Counted from the stretch's first letter, positions 1 through 15,243 are shown. The stretch is 64,000 bases of DNA from Nitrosopumilus sp. (GCA_965218695.1 OZ244651.1:1472001-1536000), one strand, 5' to 3'. The notes: generated from the letters alone by a model not told the origin. Made by a program: numbers and translations.

Positions 1-178
1 TGTACCTGTCCGAAAAACTGATGCACGACAGGCCCCCCAGCATGGCCACGTAGATACGTGAATATATGGAAACATTGTGTCCAATGTTGCGTTTCAGGTG
101 GCGTTTGTTTGGTCGCAATATGTCATCTGGAACGCACTTTCATAGATCTGTTTCGGTTCCAGCCTAATCGGGTTCATT
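1..178 (-). pseudogene. possible frameshifted N-terminus of an ISH3-like transposase (runs off window edge)
   Basis: Minus strand reads MNPIRLEPKQIYESAFQM, then in another frame DILRPNKRHLKRNIGHNVSIYSRIYVAMLGG; loosely parallels the N-termini of the two ISH3-like transposases in this window (NPRIYQDV...HNAIY). Confidence 0.25.
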
Positions 179-412
179 TGGTGCACATTTGACTTAACTG
201 CAATGGTGCATAGGCATATATTCATGAGCCCCAAACAAGAGTTCCACAATATATGCATTTTTCAACTCCTAGCCTGTCGAACGCGCACCAACCCGACCCA
301 GCCACCGCGCGCGGTGGGCCGGCCCCTGATCGTGCCTTTGCCCATGAGTCAGATCACCGGCTTTCCAGATAGCCTCATGCCACCATGACGTGCCAGAGCC
401 GAAATATCCTAA

Positions 413-826
413 GTGGTAAAAAGCATTACAAAATCAGGCTACCAAATACTTAATTTGTTTGAAGTGGATGAGTCTGTATTGGTTGAAGACGACACGGGCA
501 GGGCAATCTACGAGTTGCGGCAAAGGATTCGGCGGATTCAAGAAGAACTGGACCAGATGGACGGTCCGGTATCGGACATTCCAGAACTGATAAACTCGAC
601 AAACATACTGCGTGCAAACGAGCAGCTCACAAGGGTCGGCAGTAAGAAGTCAGAGTTGTTGGAAGCATATGGGCAGTACACGCAGGTTCTGACAGATGCC
701 ATAATGACTATCATTACGACGCAGAACAAAATAGCAGAGATTCGAAAAAAACAGGCATCGGCAGTCCGGACAAGAAGGGCAGGGCCAAAAACCGGGCGCC
801 GCAAAAAAGCCACCTCAAAAAACTAA
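413..826 (+). CDS. hypothetical coiled-coil protein with basic C-terminal tail
   Basis: 137-aa ORF with heptad-like helices (IYELRQRIRRIQEELDQM) and K/R-rich end; true start may be slightly downstream. Confidence 0.7.
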   Translation: MVKSITKSGYQILNLFEVDESVLVEDDTGRAIYELRQRIRRIQEELDQMDGPVSDIPELINSTNILRANEQLTRVGSKKSELLEAYGQYTQVLTDAIMTIITTQNKIAEIRKKQASAVRTRRAGPKTGRRKKATSKN

Positions 827-1100
827 TTTTCAAGAGTTGGGGGTTTGCCACTGCAGCGCCAACGCACGAGCAGGGCGTGATGATCCATTACAATCGACGG
901 CAGGGGCAGATAGGCCGCAGTATGGAACCGACGCATGGTCCGCCTACAAAAATACGATGCATGTTTGCCAATACGCGTTCCGGATGAATGGCAATGCGTG
1001 TTTTTTCACATTTTGAGCATGTTTTGGCATCTGTTCCAGGACGTCAGAGCGCATCCCGGATGGCATGCAATGAACATAATTTTATTAGCAAGATCGTGTA

Positions 1101-1589
1101 ATGGTGGACATGTCCGAGCCAGGTAATGCTAACAGGCCCGTCATCATACTTGCAAGGTGGTCAGACAGGTTCATCGCGTGGCTGATTGACGCCGTGATTC
1201 TGATGATTCTTGCATCAGCGCTGCTGATTGGGATGTCAGAGGCACAGGATTATGGTGCAGGAAATAATGAAATGTCAGACATAACAAACTATGCCGTCTC
1301 GGGCGCCGTCTTTTTTGCGTATTTTATAGCCCTGGAATACAGGACAGGTCAGACCATAGGAAAAAAGGTTCTCAACATAAGGCTGGTCGGGATGGACGGT
1401 GAGAAGCCGGGTTTGGCCGGAGTCGCACTCAGCAGCCTGGGAAAGGCATTCATCTTGCCGCTTGACGTCGTCGTCGGATGGATCGTCACCAACGACAAGA
1501 GGCAGAGGATATGCAACAAGCTCGGAGACACCATTGTCGTAAAAATCAAGGAATCGGAATATTCTGATCTAAAGTACGTAAAGGACTAG
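1101..1589 (+). CDS. RDD family membrane protein
   Basis: RFIAWLID motif, two TM segments, GQTIGKKVLNIRLV, C-terminal KRQRICNKLGDTIVV. Confidence 0.9.
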   Translation: MVDMSEPGNANRPVIILARWSDRFIAWLIDAVILMILASALLIGMSEAQDYGAGNNEMSDITNYAVSGAVFFAYFIALEYRTGQTIGKKVLNIRLVGMDGEKPGLAGVALSSLGKAFILPLDVVVGWIVTNDKRQRICNKLGDTIVVKIKESEYSDLKYVKD

Positions 1590-1754
1590 AAAAGATCCGC
1601 GGGGGCGCAAAAATATGCCCGACTGCAGCCAGCATGCAGGATGCGCGGCTGCCAAGTTGCAGACACGGATGCATAGCATCCGCTAGCCTGTGATTTAAAA
1701 ATAAAATCATCGTACAAGTCGTGTATGTGTTCCACTTGATGAATCGAAGATGAT

Positions 1755-1787
1755 TCATCGTGCATAGTCTCTATGTAAGTGGCTGAA
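1755..1787 (-). other. 3' arm of 23S pre-rRNA processing stem (bulge-helix-bulge-like)
   Basis: TCATCGTGCATAGTC..TGTAAGTGGCTGAA is complementary to 4774-4806; 4-bp TGTA/TACA helix flanked by 3-nt bulges. Confidence 0.8.
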
Positions 1788-4772
<2,985 letters not shown>

Positions 4773-4773
4773 A

Positions 4774-4906
4774 TTCAGCCACATATTACACGACTATGCA
4801 CGATGATCATCGCAAGTCTCCCGGCGGAGAACCTGCTACATCCTTCATACACCACTTTCATGATGCATTGCATTTGATGCTTCGATGTGAAGATTTGTGC
4901 ATCCGT
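4774..4906 (-). other. 16S-23S spacer without tRNA; holds 23S 5' processing arm (4774-4806) and 16S 3' processing arm (4887-4906)
   Basis: 4887-4906 GTGAAGATTTGTGCATCCGT is complementary to 6436-6456; no cloverleaf visible. Confidence 0.8.
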
Positions 4907-4922
4907 ACACATTCCTTGTCTA

Positions 4923-6393
<1,471 letters not shown>

Positions 6394-6754
6394 CTGAATT
6401 ATTATTATTTTGGTACGTATGTACCGTTGGAATTGACGGATGCACATAATCTTCACTTCTCAGATATTGATCGCTTGATCAAATCCTCATTTCTGTATGC
6501 GTAACTGGAGGCCCATGAATCACAAATTGGCACAATGCCAAGCTTCATCACAAGCGCCGCCTATTGCGTTACGTATGCAGAAGTATGAAAACGCAGAATC
6601 CATATAAACCATGCGTAGAACCTGTCCTGGCCGGTACAAACCCAAAAAGATGCAGCATTTCACACATGACACACCGTCGCTGCACCCCAAGGCACATTGC
6701 GGGCATGTCAATTTGGATAACAGTTAAAATGATAGCAGCGTCCACCGAGCAATA

Positions 6755-8068
6755 TTGCAAGATTATGTCTCTGAGTACAGAGAAAAGACAAGAGTATCTG
6801 CCAAGCTATTTTCAAAGTCAGTCAGGCTTCACGTAAACGGCGTATCCCACGACATCAGGCATTACGAGCCGTACCCGTTTGTCACCAGATCGTCTGCAGG
6901 CTCCGGTCTTGTGGATGTGGACGGCAACACGTATACTGACTATTGGATGGGTCACTGGAGCCTGATTCTGGGGCATGCCAACGACAGGATTGCAGAGACG
7001 CTAAGCGAGCAGATTTCCCACGGCTGGATGTACGGGGCGGTAAACGAGCAGACCATAAGACTCTCGGAACTGATCTCAAAGGCGGTTACCGTGTCTGAGA
7101 AGATTCGTTATGTGTCGTCAGGAACCGAGGCGACCATGTATGCAGTCAGGCTTGCACGCTCGGCAACGGGGAGAAGCGTGATTGCAAAGATCGACGGCGG
7201 ATGGCACGGGTACGCCTCGGATCTGCTCAAGAATGTGAGTTGGCCGTTTGCAGAACCGGAGAGCGCCGGGATGGTCGACGGGACAAAGATCGTATCCATC
7301 CCATACAACAACCTGGAGGAATCACTGAGTATCCTGAGGGAATGCGCAGGGGATCTGGCAGGAGTCATAATCGAACCAATACTTGGGGGCGGGGGATGCA
7401 TTCCCGCATCTGAGGACTATCTTGCAGGAATTGAGGAGTTTGTCCACAAAAACGGCTCGCTGTTCATACTGGACGAGATTGTTACCGGTTTCAGGTTCAG
7501 GTATGGATGCCTGTATCCTACGATGGGGCTTGATCCTGACATAGTGACTCTGGGAAAGATTGCCGGGGGCGGAATGTCGATAGGCATCATATGCGGCAAG
7601 GACGAGATCATGAGGCATGCAGACGCCACGGGGAAGAAAAAGTCTGAGAGAAGCTATGTCGGGGGCGGTACGTTCTCTGCAAACCCCATTTCCATGACTG
7701 CAGGGTATGAGACACTAAACCATCTGAGAACAAAAAGATCAGTATACTCAAAAATCAACGCCCTTGGCGAAACGACCAGAACGGAGCTTGCAAGAATATT
7801 TGATGGTAGGGCAGTGGTAACCGGGAAAGGATCCTTTCTCATGACACACTTTCCGAAGGACGGCGCAGTCACGATTACAGACGGGCTGCAGGCTGCCAGA
7901 TGCGACTGGCAGATGCTTCACGATTATCACTTTAAGATGATTGCGCACGACGGGATATTTTTTCTTCCAGGAAAGCTGGGTGCGATATCAGATGCGCACA
8001 CCAAAGACGACATCAAAAGAATGGTTCTTGCATCAGAAGACTTTGTGTGTGAACTTCCTGCGTCCTGA
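6755..8068 (+). CDS. hemL: class-III PLP aminotransferase, glutamate-1-semialdehyde 2,1-aminomutase-like
   Basis: [53 protein letters not shown] (PLP lysine), GTFSANP; linkage to the rRNA operon is typical of marine Thaumarchaeota. Confidence 0.85.
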   Translation: MQDYVSEYREKTRVSAKLFSKSVRLHVNGVSHDIRHYEPYPFVTRSSAGSGLVDVDGNTYTDYWMGHWSLILGHANDRIAETLSEQISHGWMYGAVNEQTIRLSELISKAVTVSEKIRYVSSGTEATMYAVRLARSATGRSVIAKIDGGWHGYASDLLKNVSWPFAEPESAGMVDGTKIVSIPYNNLEESLSILRECAGDLAGVIIEPILGGGGCIPASEDYLAGIEEFVHKNGSLFILDEIVTGFRFRYGCLYPTMGLDPDIVTLGKIAGGGMSIGIICGKDEIMRHADATGKKKSERSYVGGGTFSANPISMTAGYETLNHLRTKRSVYSKINALGETTRTELARIFDGRAVVTGKGSFLMTHFPKDGAVTITDGLQAARCDWQMLHDYHFKMIAHDGIFFLPGKLGAISDAHTKDDIKRMVLASEDFVCELPAS

Positions 8069-8122
8069 CTTGTTTGACACTCCAGAGACTTGGAGGTGGA
8101 TTCAGGCCCCCCACGCGTGTTC

Positions 8123-8581
8123 CTAGATTGTGCCCGAGACCACGCTCTTAAAGTCAGACTCGTACCATACAGTCTCATACGCGGCGTTTCTTCCAGGCAG
8201 TATGTTTATGGCAATGTGGGAGAATGTCTCCCCGGGAGTCTCTGAGCCGTGTGTATGAAGTGTCTGCTTTGGGATCCGCACCACGTCGCCTTCCCTGAGT
8301 TCAATCCTCTGGGTTCTCTGGATTCCAAAGCTGTCCGTGCCGCCGGCTCCATTACGCTCAAAGATCTCAAGGCTGCCAGTGCCGGCAGTTGCAATCAGCA
8401 CCTGCGGCCCGTTGTGCACATGGAGTTTTGTCCTTGAACCATCCTCAAAGTGTACGTGATAGATGTCCTGCTCCTCGGATCCTATCTTATCTGAGAGAAC
8501 CTTCATCCAAGTTTTGGCAGTAAACCAGTCCGGATTTATCTCTCTCCGGTCTCCAGTCCCATGTATGTTTGATTTGTTCAT
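8123..8581 (-). CDS. cupin domain protein
   Basis: HFEDGSRTKLHVH..Q, GDVVRIPKQTLHTHG cupin motifs 1 and 2. Confidence 0.88.
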   Translation of the reverse strand: MNKSNIHGTGDRREINPDWFTAKTWMKVLSDKIGSEEQDIYHVHFEDGSRTKLHVHNGPQVLIATAGTGSLEIFERNGAGGTDSFGIQRTQRIELREGDVVRIPKQTLHTHGSETPGETFSHIAINILPGRNAAYETVWYESDFKSVVSGTI

Positions 8582-8940
8582 ATTCGATCTAGGATCTTTT
8601 TCTTCTTTTCATTAAACTCGTCATCGGTGAGTATTCCGGTATCCCGCAGACTGGCCAGCCTTTCAAGCAGGTCCAGATCGTTTGCCGGGTCGGACCCCAC
8701 ATCACTCACGCGTGAAACCCCGGCGTTGATCTTTTGAATTCCTTTCTTTTGTAGCTCAACTCCCTCTTTTTTTGCCCGGCTGTGAATCTCCTTGGATGCC
8801 TTGGATGCCTGCCTGGCAGTCATCGATCCCATCTCGACTGCATCGTCAAGAATCTTGTCGGCAGACTTGACGCCGTTCTGCAGGGCCAAATCCGCCTTTT
8901 TCAGAAACTTGTCAATGTATCCGCTCTTTTTTGTTGACAT
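8578..8940 (-). CDS. SHOCT-domain protein
   Basis: C-terminal LERLASLRDTGILTDDEFNEKKKKIL fits the SHOCT consensus; start taken at MSTKK. Confidence 0.8.
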   Translation of the reverse strand: MSTKKSGYIDKFLKKADLALQNGVKSADKILDDAVEMGSMTARQASKASKEIHSRAKKEGVELQKKGIQKINAGVSRVSDVGSDPANDLDLLERLASLRDTGILTDDEFNEKKKKILDRI

Positions 8941-9367
8941 GTGCGTGTTGATCCCCCTTTGTTCTATTATTTCTTTCTGCATGGGGATTCTGAAAAATCA
9001 TCTGGTGGTCAAAGCGGCCATGTCAGACATCGCACACAGGCGCCACAACTTGACAGCTACTGTCAATCTTCGGGAGCACGTCACAGGACACGATCATAGT
9101 GTAGTGGAAACAGGGAGGAGGATGTTGCTTGGCAAGACAGACACGCATCACACCAGAATGCTGTTTGGGATGCCGGTATGGGAATGACGGTTCTGGCCAC
9201 CAGACAGGACAGGAGTCGGTTGTCGCCACATACGGGGACTGCCTGTATTGCATGGCCGGGCAGTCAGGCTGGCAGCGCGCGTTTGTCAGATCCCGCGCGG
9301 CGTCTGAAAAATCTCAGAAAGATTCGATAACGCCAAGTCGCACCGCAAAACATGTTTAAAGTCAGGA

Positions 9368-10090
9368 TTGCATTACTTTATCGTACTTGAAAGAATCCCC
9401 GACACAAAGACAGTCGTACTGAGAATGAGCATCAGTGAGACAGAAGCAATGGAAATGGTGGAACAGAAAAAGGCAGGCCAGTTTGGCTCAATGCTTTCAA
9501 GAGCCAAAAAAGAGGAGATTGGTGTAGGTCTGCCGGAGATATACTACGAATGCATGCTGAGAGTTGCAGGAAGGTATGCGGCCAACTACTACATAAAGAA
9601 GGTTCATGCCATCACCGTGGCCTCAAATGTCAGAGATGTGGTCCTAGGGGGCACGGTATTTCCCGTCAACACAAAATCAAAATTTGGAAAGATCATCTCA
9701 GGAAAACACGGAAAGAACAAGGTTGAGCTGGAACTAGGAGAGCACGTCTTCATCGAGGAGGAGGACGAACTGACATTTGATCATCATGGAATGGAGACAG
9801 AATTTCCGTTCAAGATAGGCTCCAATACGGTTGAGAGTTATCCAAGCAGCATACTCGAAAACAGCAAGATAGCCGTCAGGGATACCAAGCTGACACGCGA
9901 TAAAGCAGTCCAGATACTTGAGCAGTCACTCAAGAGGGGCATAGACGATGAGGCACAGAATATTCAGGAGGAGTTTGTCCTGGACGGCATTACCAAGGTG
10001 TACGTCCCAATCTTTGAGGCCAGGCTGAGCGGACCGAACAAGAGGGAGAAAATAATTCGGATCGACGCCGTACGAAAGAAGATAGTGTGA
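9368..10090 (+). CDS. conserved hypothetical protein
   Basis: 240-aa ORF with natural composition, ending VYVPIFEARL...IRIDAVRKKIV; converges on the TPR gene. Confidence 0.75.
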   Translation: MHYFIVLERIPDTKTVVLRMSISETEAMEMVEQKKAGQFGSMLSRAKKEEIGVGLPEIYYECMLRVAGRYAANYYIKKVHAITVASNVRDVVLGGTVFPVNTKSKFGKIISGKHGKNKVELELGEHVFIEEEDELTFDHHGMETEFPFKIGSNTVESYPSSILENSKIAVRDTKLTRDKAVQILEQSLKRGIDDEAQNIQEEFVLDGITKVYVPIFEARLSGPNKREKIIRIDAVRKKIV

Positions 10091-10096
10091 CTGGCG

Positions 10097-10918
10097 TCAC
10101 ATCTTTACGAGCCTTCTGAACTGCTCGTCGTCGTAAAACCTTTGAAATGTCTTCTCCTCCTTTGCCCAGGCGCGAATCGTCTTGGGGTTCTTTGATACGG
10201 CCTGCCTCAGCAGGTTCATGGATTCAGAGTACCGGCCAATCTCCGCCAGGCTTCTGGACTTTGCATAGATGATGTTTACGTTGTCGCCGTACTTGGATAG
10301 GATCCTATCGAAGATGCCTACTGCCTTCGCATGCTTTCCAAGCTCTGCAAGCTCGATGCCCACATGGAAGAATGCATCCGTGTGGGACGGATTCTTTTTG
10401 TGAACCCTCTCAAAGCAGTTCAGCGCCTCCTCGTGCCTCTTGAGCTTGCCTAGGATGATCCCCTTGTAGAACAGCGCGTTTGTCTTTCTTGGGGCGATGG
10501 ATATTGCCTTTTCCAGTACGGTTATTGCCTCCTCGTGCAGCCGCAGCTTGTCAAGCAGCACCCCCTTGTTGAAGTATGATGCAGCATGCCGGGGGTCTGC
10601 GGCAATTGCACGATCATAGTACTCTGCAGCGCCCTGGGTATCGCCTAGTTCTGCAAGTGCAATTCCCTTGTTGTTTAGGGCCTGGGCGTCGTCTGGGTTG
10701 ATCCTCAAAAGTAGGTCAAAACACGTAACGGCATCGCTGTACTTTTTAATCTGGTTTAGCGCAAGGCCCTTGTTGTACAGCGCCGCTGCATTCTCAGAAT
10801 CCTGCTTTAGAACCTTGTTGAACAACGGGATGGCGCCCTTTGGAAGGTTCTGATTCATAAGTGACATTGCAGTATGCATCAGATCCTCCGGATGCTCTTT
10901 TGAGCCAAACAGCCCCAT
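10097..10918 (-). CDS. tetratricopeptide repeat protein
   Basis: Repeated ALYNKGLAL / ALNNKGIAL / SYFNKGVLL / ALFYKGIIL 34-aa units. Confidence 0.93.
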   Translation of the reverse strand: MGLFGSKEHPEDLMHTAMSLMNQNLPKGAIPLFNKVLKQDSENAAALYNKGLALNQIKKYSDAVTCFDLLLRINPDDAQALNNKGIALAELGDTQGAAEYYDRAIAADPRHAASYFNKGVLLDKLRLHEEAITVLEKAISIAPRKTNALFYKGIILGKLKRHEEALNCFERVHKKNPSHTDAFFHVGIELAELGKHAKAVGIFDRILSKYGDNVNIIYAKSRSLAEIGRYSESMNLLRQAVSKNPKTIRAWAKEEKTFQRFYDDEQFRRLVKM

Positions 10919-10957
10919 AACCTTATACCGTCACGCAATGGCTAATGAAAGTTTGGT

Positions 10958-11077
10958 TTACCGTAATGACTTGAATCTCTTTATTGCCTCTTTTGCCATC
11001 TCTTCTTGCTCCTCTGCGGTCGTATCGGTGGGGTCTTCAGTTGCATATGCTTCGCTGTCTTCCATGGATATTGACAT
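10958..11077 (-). CDS. small acidic hypothetical protein (39 aa)
   Basis: MSISMEDSEAYATEDPTDTTAEEQEEMAKEAIKRFKSLR; protein-like composition. Confidence 0.5.
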   Translation of the reverse strand: MSISMEDSEAYATEDPTDTTAEEQEEMAKEAIKRFKSLR

Positions 11078-11248
11078 AATCGGCACGATAAAAACATGCT
11101 TCTTGCCACTCGAGATGTGGATGATTGCACGTCTTTCAGGACAATGCCGGGGAGGACGTGGGATCAGACATGGCCTGCTGGCTGGACAGCCAAACATGTC
11201 CGGAAATATAGATAATTATTTTTAACGTAGAGTATACCTATACCAACA

Positions 11249-11914
11249 GTGAACACAAACCAGGCCCTCAGACTGCTGAACGTGGACAAGGACTCTTCAG
11301 ACGAGGAGATCAAGTCGGCATATAGGAAGATGGCACTTGAGTTTCATCCGGACAGAAACAGGAACGACAACGAGGGTGCCGAATTTAAAAAGATCACAGA
11401 GGCGTATGCCTTTCTAAAAAAGAATCACCGTGCAAGCAAGCCACCCGGCACAAAGCCGAGGGCAAGGGGTGCAAGAGCCAGGTGGGGGGCAGCCCAGGAG
11501 AAGGAGGAGGATCAAAAGATTCCCGAGCAGGACTGGGGCAAGCACACTAGGGGATTCGAGGAGGCAGAACCGGACGTCTGGAAAGAGTATGAGAATAACT
11601 TTTGGAAGGAGTACAACGCCAAGGTACGGCCTGACGGCAGAAACGGCGAGTATGAGAAGGCAAGAGAGCCCAACGCACAGCCGAATCTCTTTGTGGATGT
11701 CGACAAGAGCAAGTGCATAGGCTGCTGCAGCTGCGAGACCATAGCGCCCAGCGTCTTTGAGATAGACAAGGAGAGCATGATGAACCCCAAGTCACGGGTG
11801 ATCAACCAGCGCGGGGCAGGCGTAAACAAGATAATGAGCGCCGCCGAGACGTGTCCTACAAAGGCAATCATCGTGGAGAACTGTGACACCAGGGAGAGAA
11901 TGTTCCCCTATTGA
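11249..11914 (+). CDS. DnaJ-ferredoxin fusion (J domain + 4Fe-4S ferredoxin)
   Basis: J domain with HPD (EFHPDRN); C-terminal CIGCCSC...AAETCP. Confidence 0.92.
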   Translation: MNTNQALRLLNVDKDSSDEEIKSAYRKMALEFHPDRNRNDNEGAEFKKITEAYAFLKKNHRASKPPGTKPRARGARARWGAAQEKEEDQKIPEQDWGKHTRGFEEAEPDVWKEYENNFWKEYNAKVRPDGRNGEYEKAREPNAQPNLFVDVDKSKCIGCCSCETIAPSVFEIDKESMMNPKSRVINQRGAGVNKIMSAAETCPTKAIIVENCDTRERMFPY

Positions 11915-12324
11915 TTATCCTGTAGCATCTTGCATATTCCATCAGATTCTGACTCGGAGATGCTCAACGGCGGTCCAAACATGCTGTGTATGGGACCTGC
12001 AGAGTCGTCGGCATTCCTTGGAACCAGATGGACGTGTACGTGCGGTATCTCCTGGCCGGCATCCCTGCCGTTATGGATTGCGACCAGGGTGGAGCCGGAT
12101 ATCGAGCCAACCCTGGATGCCATCTTGCGCACCAGCAGGAACAGATCGGTAGTCTCCCGGACGCTCATGTCCTGAATCCTCTGCCTGTGCACCCTTGGCA
12201 TCACAAGCACGTGGCCCCTGGCAAGAGGGAATGCGTCCAGCATGGATACAGAGTCTGCAGTCTCCAGTACGACCCTGGCCGGAATTTCCCCGGATACTAT
12301 CCTACAGAAGATACAGTCCATCAA
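11908..12324 (-). CDS. hit: HIT family hydrolase
   Basis: [22 protein letters not shown] histidine triad. Confidence 0.95.
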   Translation of the reverse strand: MMDCIFCRIVSGEIPARVVLETADSVSMLDAFPLARGHVLVMPRVHRQRIQDMSVRETTDLFLLVRKMASRVGSISGSTLVAIHNGRDAGQEIPHVHVHLVPRNADDSAGPIHSMFGPPLSISESESDGICKMLQDNQ

Positions 12325-12359
12325 GCCAAGTACGGATCCTGAAGATATTAAACCACCGG

Positions 12360-12638
12360 TTACGGCTCGACTATGCTGGCCCAGGCAAGACCCTGGCCGT
12401 ACTTTACAGTTGCACTGTCCCCGGACGCAAGGGTGCAGTCCTCTATGGTCTTTGGAATGTCATCGCTGGTCTCCACATAGCAGACGCCGCCGCCGTTTGT
12501 CAGTATTGTAACATCCTCGTACACGTCCTCGCGAATCAGATTCCAGAAGGGAAACACCGCGGTGGCAAGGACAATCCCTGCAGCCACAATCGCGCCGCCA
12601 AACACAAGACCGCCCTTTTGGCTGGAAGTCAGTTCCAT
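12360..12638 (-). CDS. small membrane-anchored hypothetical protein
   Basis: N-terminal TM helix followed by a beta-rich domain with two Cys. Confidence 0.75.
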   Translation of the reverse strand: MELTSSQKGGLVFGGAIVAAGIVLATAVFPFWNLIREDVYEDVTILTNGGGVCYVETSDDIPKTIEDCTLASGDSATVKYGQGLAWASIVEP

Positions 12639-12639
12639 C

Positions 12640-12804
12640 CTACCACGTACCGCCTTCGCCCAGATTGGTGTCCATCTTTTTGGCAGGAACGTTTCCGTGT
12701 GCCTTTTTCATGTGCCTCTTGAGGCGCTCCGGGTTGTAAAGCTCTGTGCCGCAGGTGCCGCACTTTGTCTGACTCTGATTCTTTTCACGCTTGAACAGAC
12801 CCAT
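12640..12804 (-). CDS. small C2H2 zinc-finger protein (54 aa, absent from the ORF track)
   Basis: Hand translation MGLFKREKNQSQTKCGTCGTELYNPERLKRHMKKAHGNVPAKKMDTNLGEGGTW*; CxxC-x12-H-x4-H. Confidence 0.8.
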   Translation of the reverse strand: MGLFKREKNQSQTKCGTCGTELYNPERLKRHMKKAHGNVPAKKMDTNLGEGGTW

Positions 12805-12858
12805 CACTTTGTGAATATTTGGGATACATTATAAAGGATACCTTGCTCGCAGGATGAT

Positions 12859-13998
12859 ATGGAAATTAGGAACATTACGGTCCTTGGATCCGGTGTCATG
12901 GGACACGGAATCGCCCAAGTCTCGGCAGCTGCAGGATACAACATAGTGCTGCGGGACATCAAGGAGGAGTTTCTGGACAGGGCCATGGGAAAGATAAGGT
13001 GGAGCCTGGACAAGATGGCATCCAAGGGGAGAATCTCAAGAGAGGAGAAAGATGCCATCCTGGGCAGGATCACCCCAGTCGTGGATTTGAACGAGGCAGT
13101 AGTCAATGCAGAGATGGTAATCGAGGTGGTTCCAGAGATTATGGATTTAAAGAAAAAGGTCTACGCAGAGCTTGACAGGACAGCCTCGCCGGAGGTCGTC
13201 TTTGCATCAAACACAAGCACGCTGCCAATCACCGAGATTGCGTCCACCACGTCCCGCCAGGACAGGTTCATCGGCATTCACTTCTTCAACCCACCGCAGC
13301 TGATGAAGCTGGTGGAGGTGATTCCAGGCGAAAAGACATCGGATGCAGTCACGGAGATGACCCTGGAGTATGTAAAGTCTGTAAACAAGCAGGCCGTGCT
13401 GTGCAGGAGGGATGTTCCCGGATTCATAGTCAACAGGCTGTTCATTCCGATGGTACACGAGGCATGCTATCTGATGGACAGGACAGGTGCCACGCTTGCA
13501 GAGATCGACTCGGCAGTCAAGTTCAAAATGGGATTCCCTATGGGGATATTCGAGCTTGCCGACTTTACAGGAATGGACGTAATCCACAAGGCAACCACAG
13601 AGATGCACATGCGCGACAAAAAGGTGATCAACCCGCATCCGCTGGTCGGAAGGATGTTTGAGGAGAAGAGGTTGGGGCAAAAGTCAGGAGAGGGATACTA
13701 CAAGTATTCCGAGGACAACTACGAGCGCATCGCACTATCAGAGGAATTGGCAGGCAGGTGCAATCCAATCCAGCTGGTGGCAAACATCCTAAACAATGCC
13801 GCATGGCTTGTCACGAACGGCGCAAGCGACATAGAGGAGATTGAAAAAGCCGCGCGGCTTGGGCTGGGACTAAAAAAACCCCTCTTTGAGACTGCAAGGG
13901 AGATGGGCATGAGTACCATCGTAGACGAGCTGAACAGGCTTGCAGGCTTGCATGGCGAATTTTACAGGCCGGATCCGCTGCTCGTATCTATGACGTGA
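12859..13998 (+). CDS. hbd: 3-hydroxyacyl-CoA (3-hydroxybutyryl-CoA) dehydrogenase
   Basis: GSGVMGHGIA Rossmann motif, ASNTSTLPIT, GIHFFNPPQLMKLVE, PGFIVNR; this step occurs in the 3HP/4HB cycle. Confidence 0.92.
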   Translation: MEIRNITVLGSGVMGHGIAQVSAAAGYNIVLRDIKEEFLDRAMGKIRWSLDKMASKGRISREEKDAILGRITPVVDLNEAVVNAEMVIEVVPEIMDLKKKVYAELDRTASPEVVFASNTSTLPITEIASTTSRQDRFIGIHFFNPPQLMKLVEVIPGEKTSDAVTEMTLEYVKSVNKQAVLCRRDVPGFIVNRLFIPMVHEACYLMDRTGATLAEIDSAVKFKMGFPMGIFELADFTGMDVIHKATTEMHMRDKKVINPHPLVGRMFEEKRLGQKSGEGYYKYSEDNYERIALSEELAGRCNPIQLVANILNNAAWLVTNGASDIEEIEKAARLGLGLKKPLFETAREMGMSTIVDELNRLAGLHGEFYRPDPLLVSMT

Positions 13999-14497
13999 TC
14001 ATGCCAAGGATCAGCCGTACTGCATCAGCCGGGGTGTCGGCACCGACGATCCGAACGTGTCTTCTGTGATCCAAGAACCCGTCAATGTACCGCTCGGCAG
14101 GACCGCCAAGATTCCGTATTGCCACCATCGGTTTTTTGTTCATGTCAGCTGCGCACATCTCTGACAGCGTTCCGGTACCGCCGCCGACTATGATGATGCC
14201 GTCAGATGACAGGGCCGTCAGAAAGTCACGGGTCATGCCCATGCCGGTGGGAACCACAATGTCGCAAAACTCATTGGCGTGCGAAAAATCATCCTGGGGG
14301 ATTATGCCTACCGTGATGCCGCCTGCATCCCTTGCGCCCTGCGAGGCGGCACTCATTACGCCGTCCAGACCGCCGGTGATCAGCACGGAGCCGGACTTGG
14401 CAATCTCGGCACCCACCCCGTATGCGGCCTTTTCATGCTCCGGGGTGCATCCGTTCCTTCCGTGCCCTATGACAGTTATCTGGCGCATTCTTGCCAT
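13988..14497 (-). CDS. LOG/TIGR00725 family Rossmann-fold protein
   Basis: ITGGLDGVMSAASQGA, TVGIIP, GGGTGTLSE. Confidence 0.9.
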   Translation of the reverse strand: MARMRQITVIGHGRNGCTPEHEKAAYGVGAEIAKSGSVLITGGLDGVMSAASQGARDAGGITVGIIPQDDFSHANEFCDIVVPTGMGMTRDFLTALSSDGIIIVGGGTGTLSEMCAADMNKKPMVAIRNLGGPAERYIDGFLDHRRHVRIVGADTPADAVRLILGMITS

Positions 14498-14586
14498 GGC
14501 AAGAATTGTGCGCGTTCTTTTAAATATTTTTTAGATGCCGGGCAATTCCATTGCACAAATGCCAAGCCGTTCATTGATTAAACGCA

Positions 14587-15243
14587 TTACCGGGACAGGC
14601 ATGAGGCAGACGGATCAGGCCTCCACTCCACTATTATCGTGCCTTGCATCCAAGGGCCGGGAACTCCCGCGTATTCGTACACGCCTGCCGTCTCGAACCT
14701 GTGCGAGAATTCGGCGCCTGGCAGGAGTGCGCTAAAATTAAAGGCAGCGGCCAACCCATCCTCGGTTTGCACCATGCCGGCGACACCGTGCGCCGTCTCG
14801 TCCATGTTTTTCCACACGACTGTATCGCCCACATCAATTGTAACCACGCGCGGCACAAAGTAACATTCGCTTGTCTCTTCGCATCCAATAACGTGGGACC
14901 CTAGTGAGATGGTGATGACGGTGACGGCGTTTGCCATATCGCCTGCCATCCCCACCACCAGACCCGTTGACGAGGGATCCGCCACTGTCTTGGGCGCCAT
15001 GGCAGGCGGCTTGGCTACCAGCGCAAACCCCCTCTCCAGCAGCGCCCCTGTCGATTCTGCAAAGACGCATGCGGGCATGCCGGATGGCGTCGTCATCAGC
15101 ACGCGTTCTCCGGCACACGTTACCTCGCTTATCGGGACGCCGTCTTGCGCCTGCCTGAGCGGCGTCAGGGCCTCTGTCGCGTACGCGGTGCCAGAAGCTG
15201 CAAGCACCATCAGCACCAACCCCAGCGTCGCGATTCCCAGCAT
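14587..15243 (-). CDS. secreted cupredoxin (plastocyanin/azurin-like) domain protein with degenerate Cu site
   Basis: Signal peptide; N-terminal PLRQ..GVP..EVTC...PACV...LLERG module; GCEETSECYFVP, GDTVVWKN..AHGV, GVYEYAGVPGPWMQGTIIV. Confidence 0.85.
   Translation of the reverse strand: MLGIATLGLVLMVLAASGTAYATEALTPLRQAQDGVPISEVTCAGERVLMTTPSGMPACVFAESTGALLERGFALVAKPPAMAPKTVADPSSTGLVVGMAGDMANAVTVITISLGSHVIGCEETSECYFVPRVVTIDVGDTVVWKNMDETAHGVAGMVQTEDGLAAAFNFSALLPGAEFSHRFETAGVYEYAGVPGPWMQGTIIVEWRPDPSASCLSR

Noticed and set aside
8990-9360. Short overlapping ORFs between the SHOCT gene and the 9368 gene
   Set aside because: No motif or coding signal; treated as spacer or decayed DNA.
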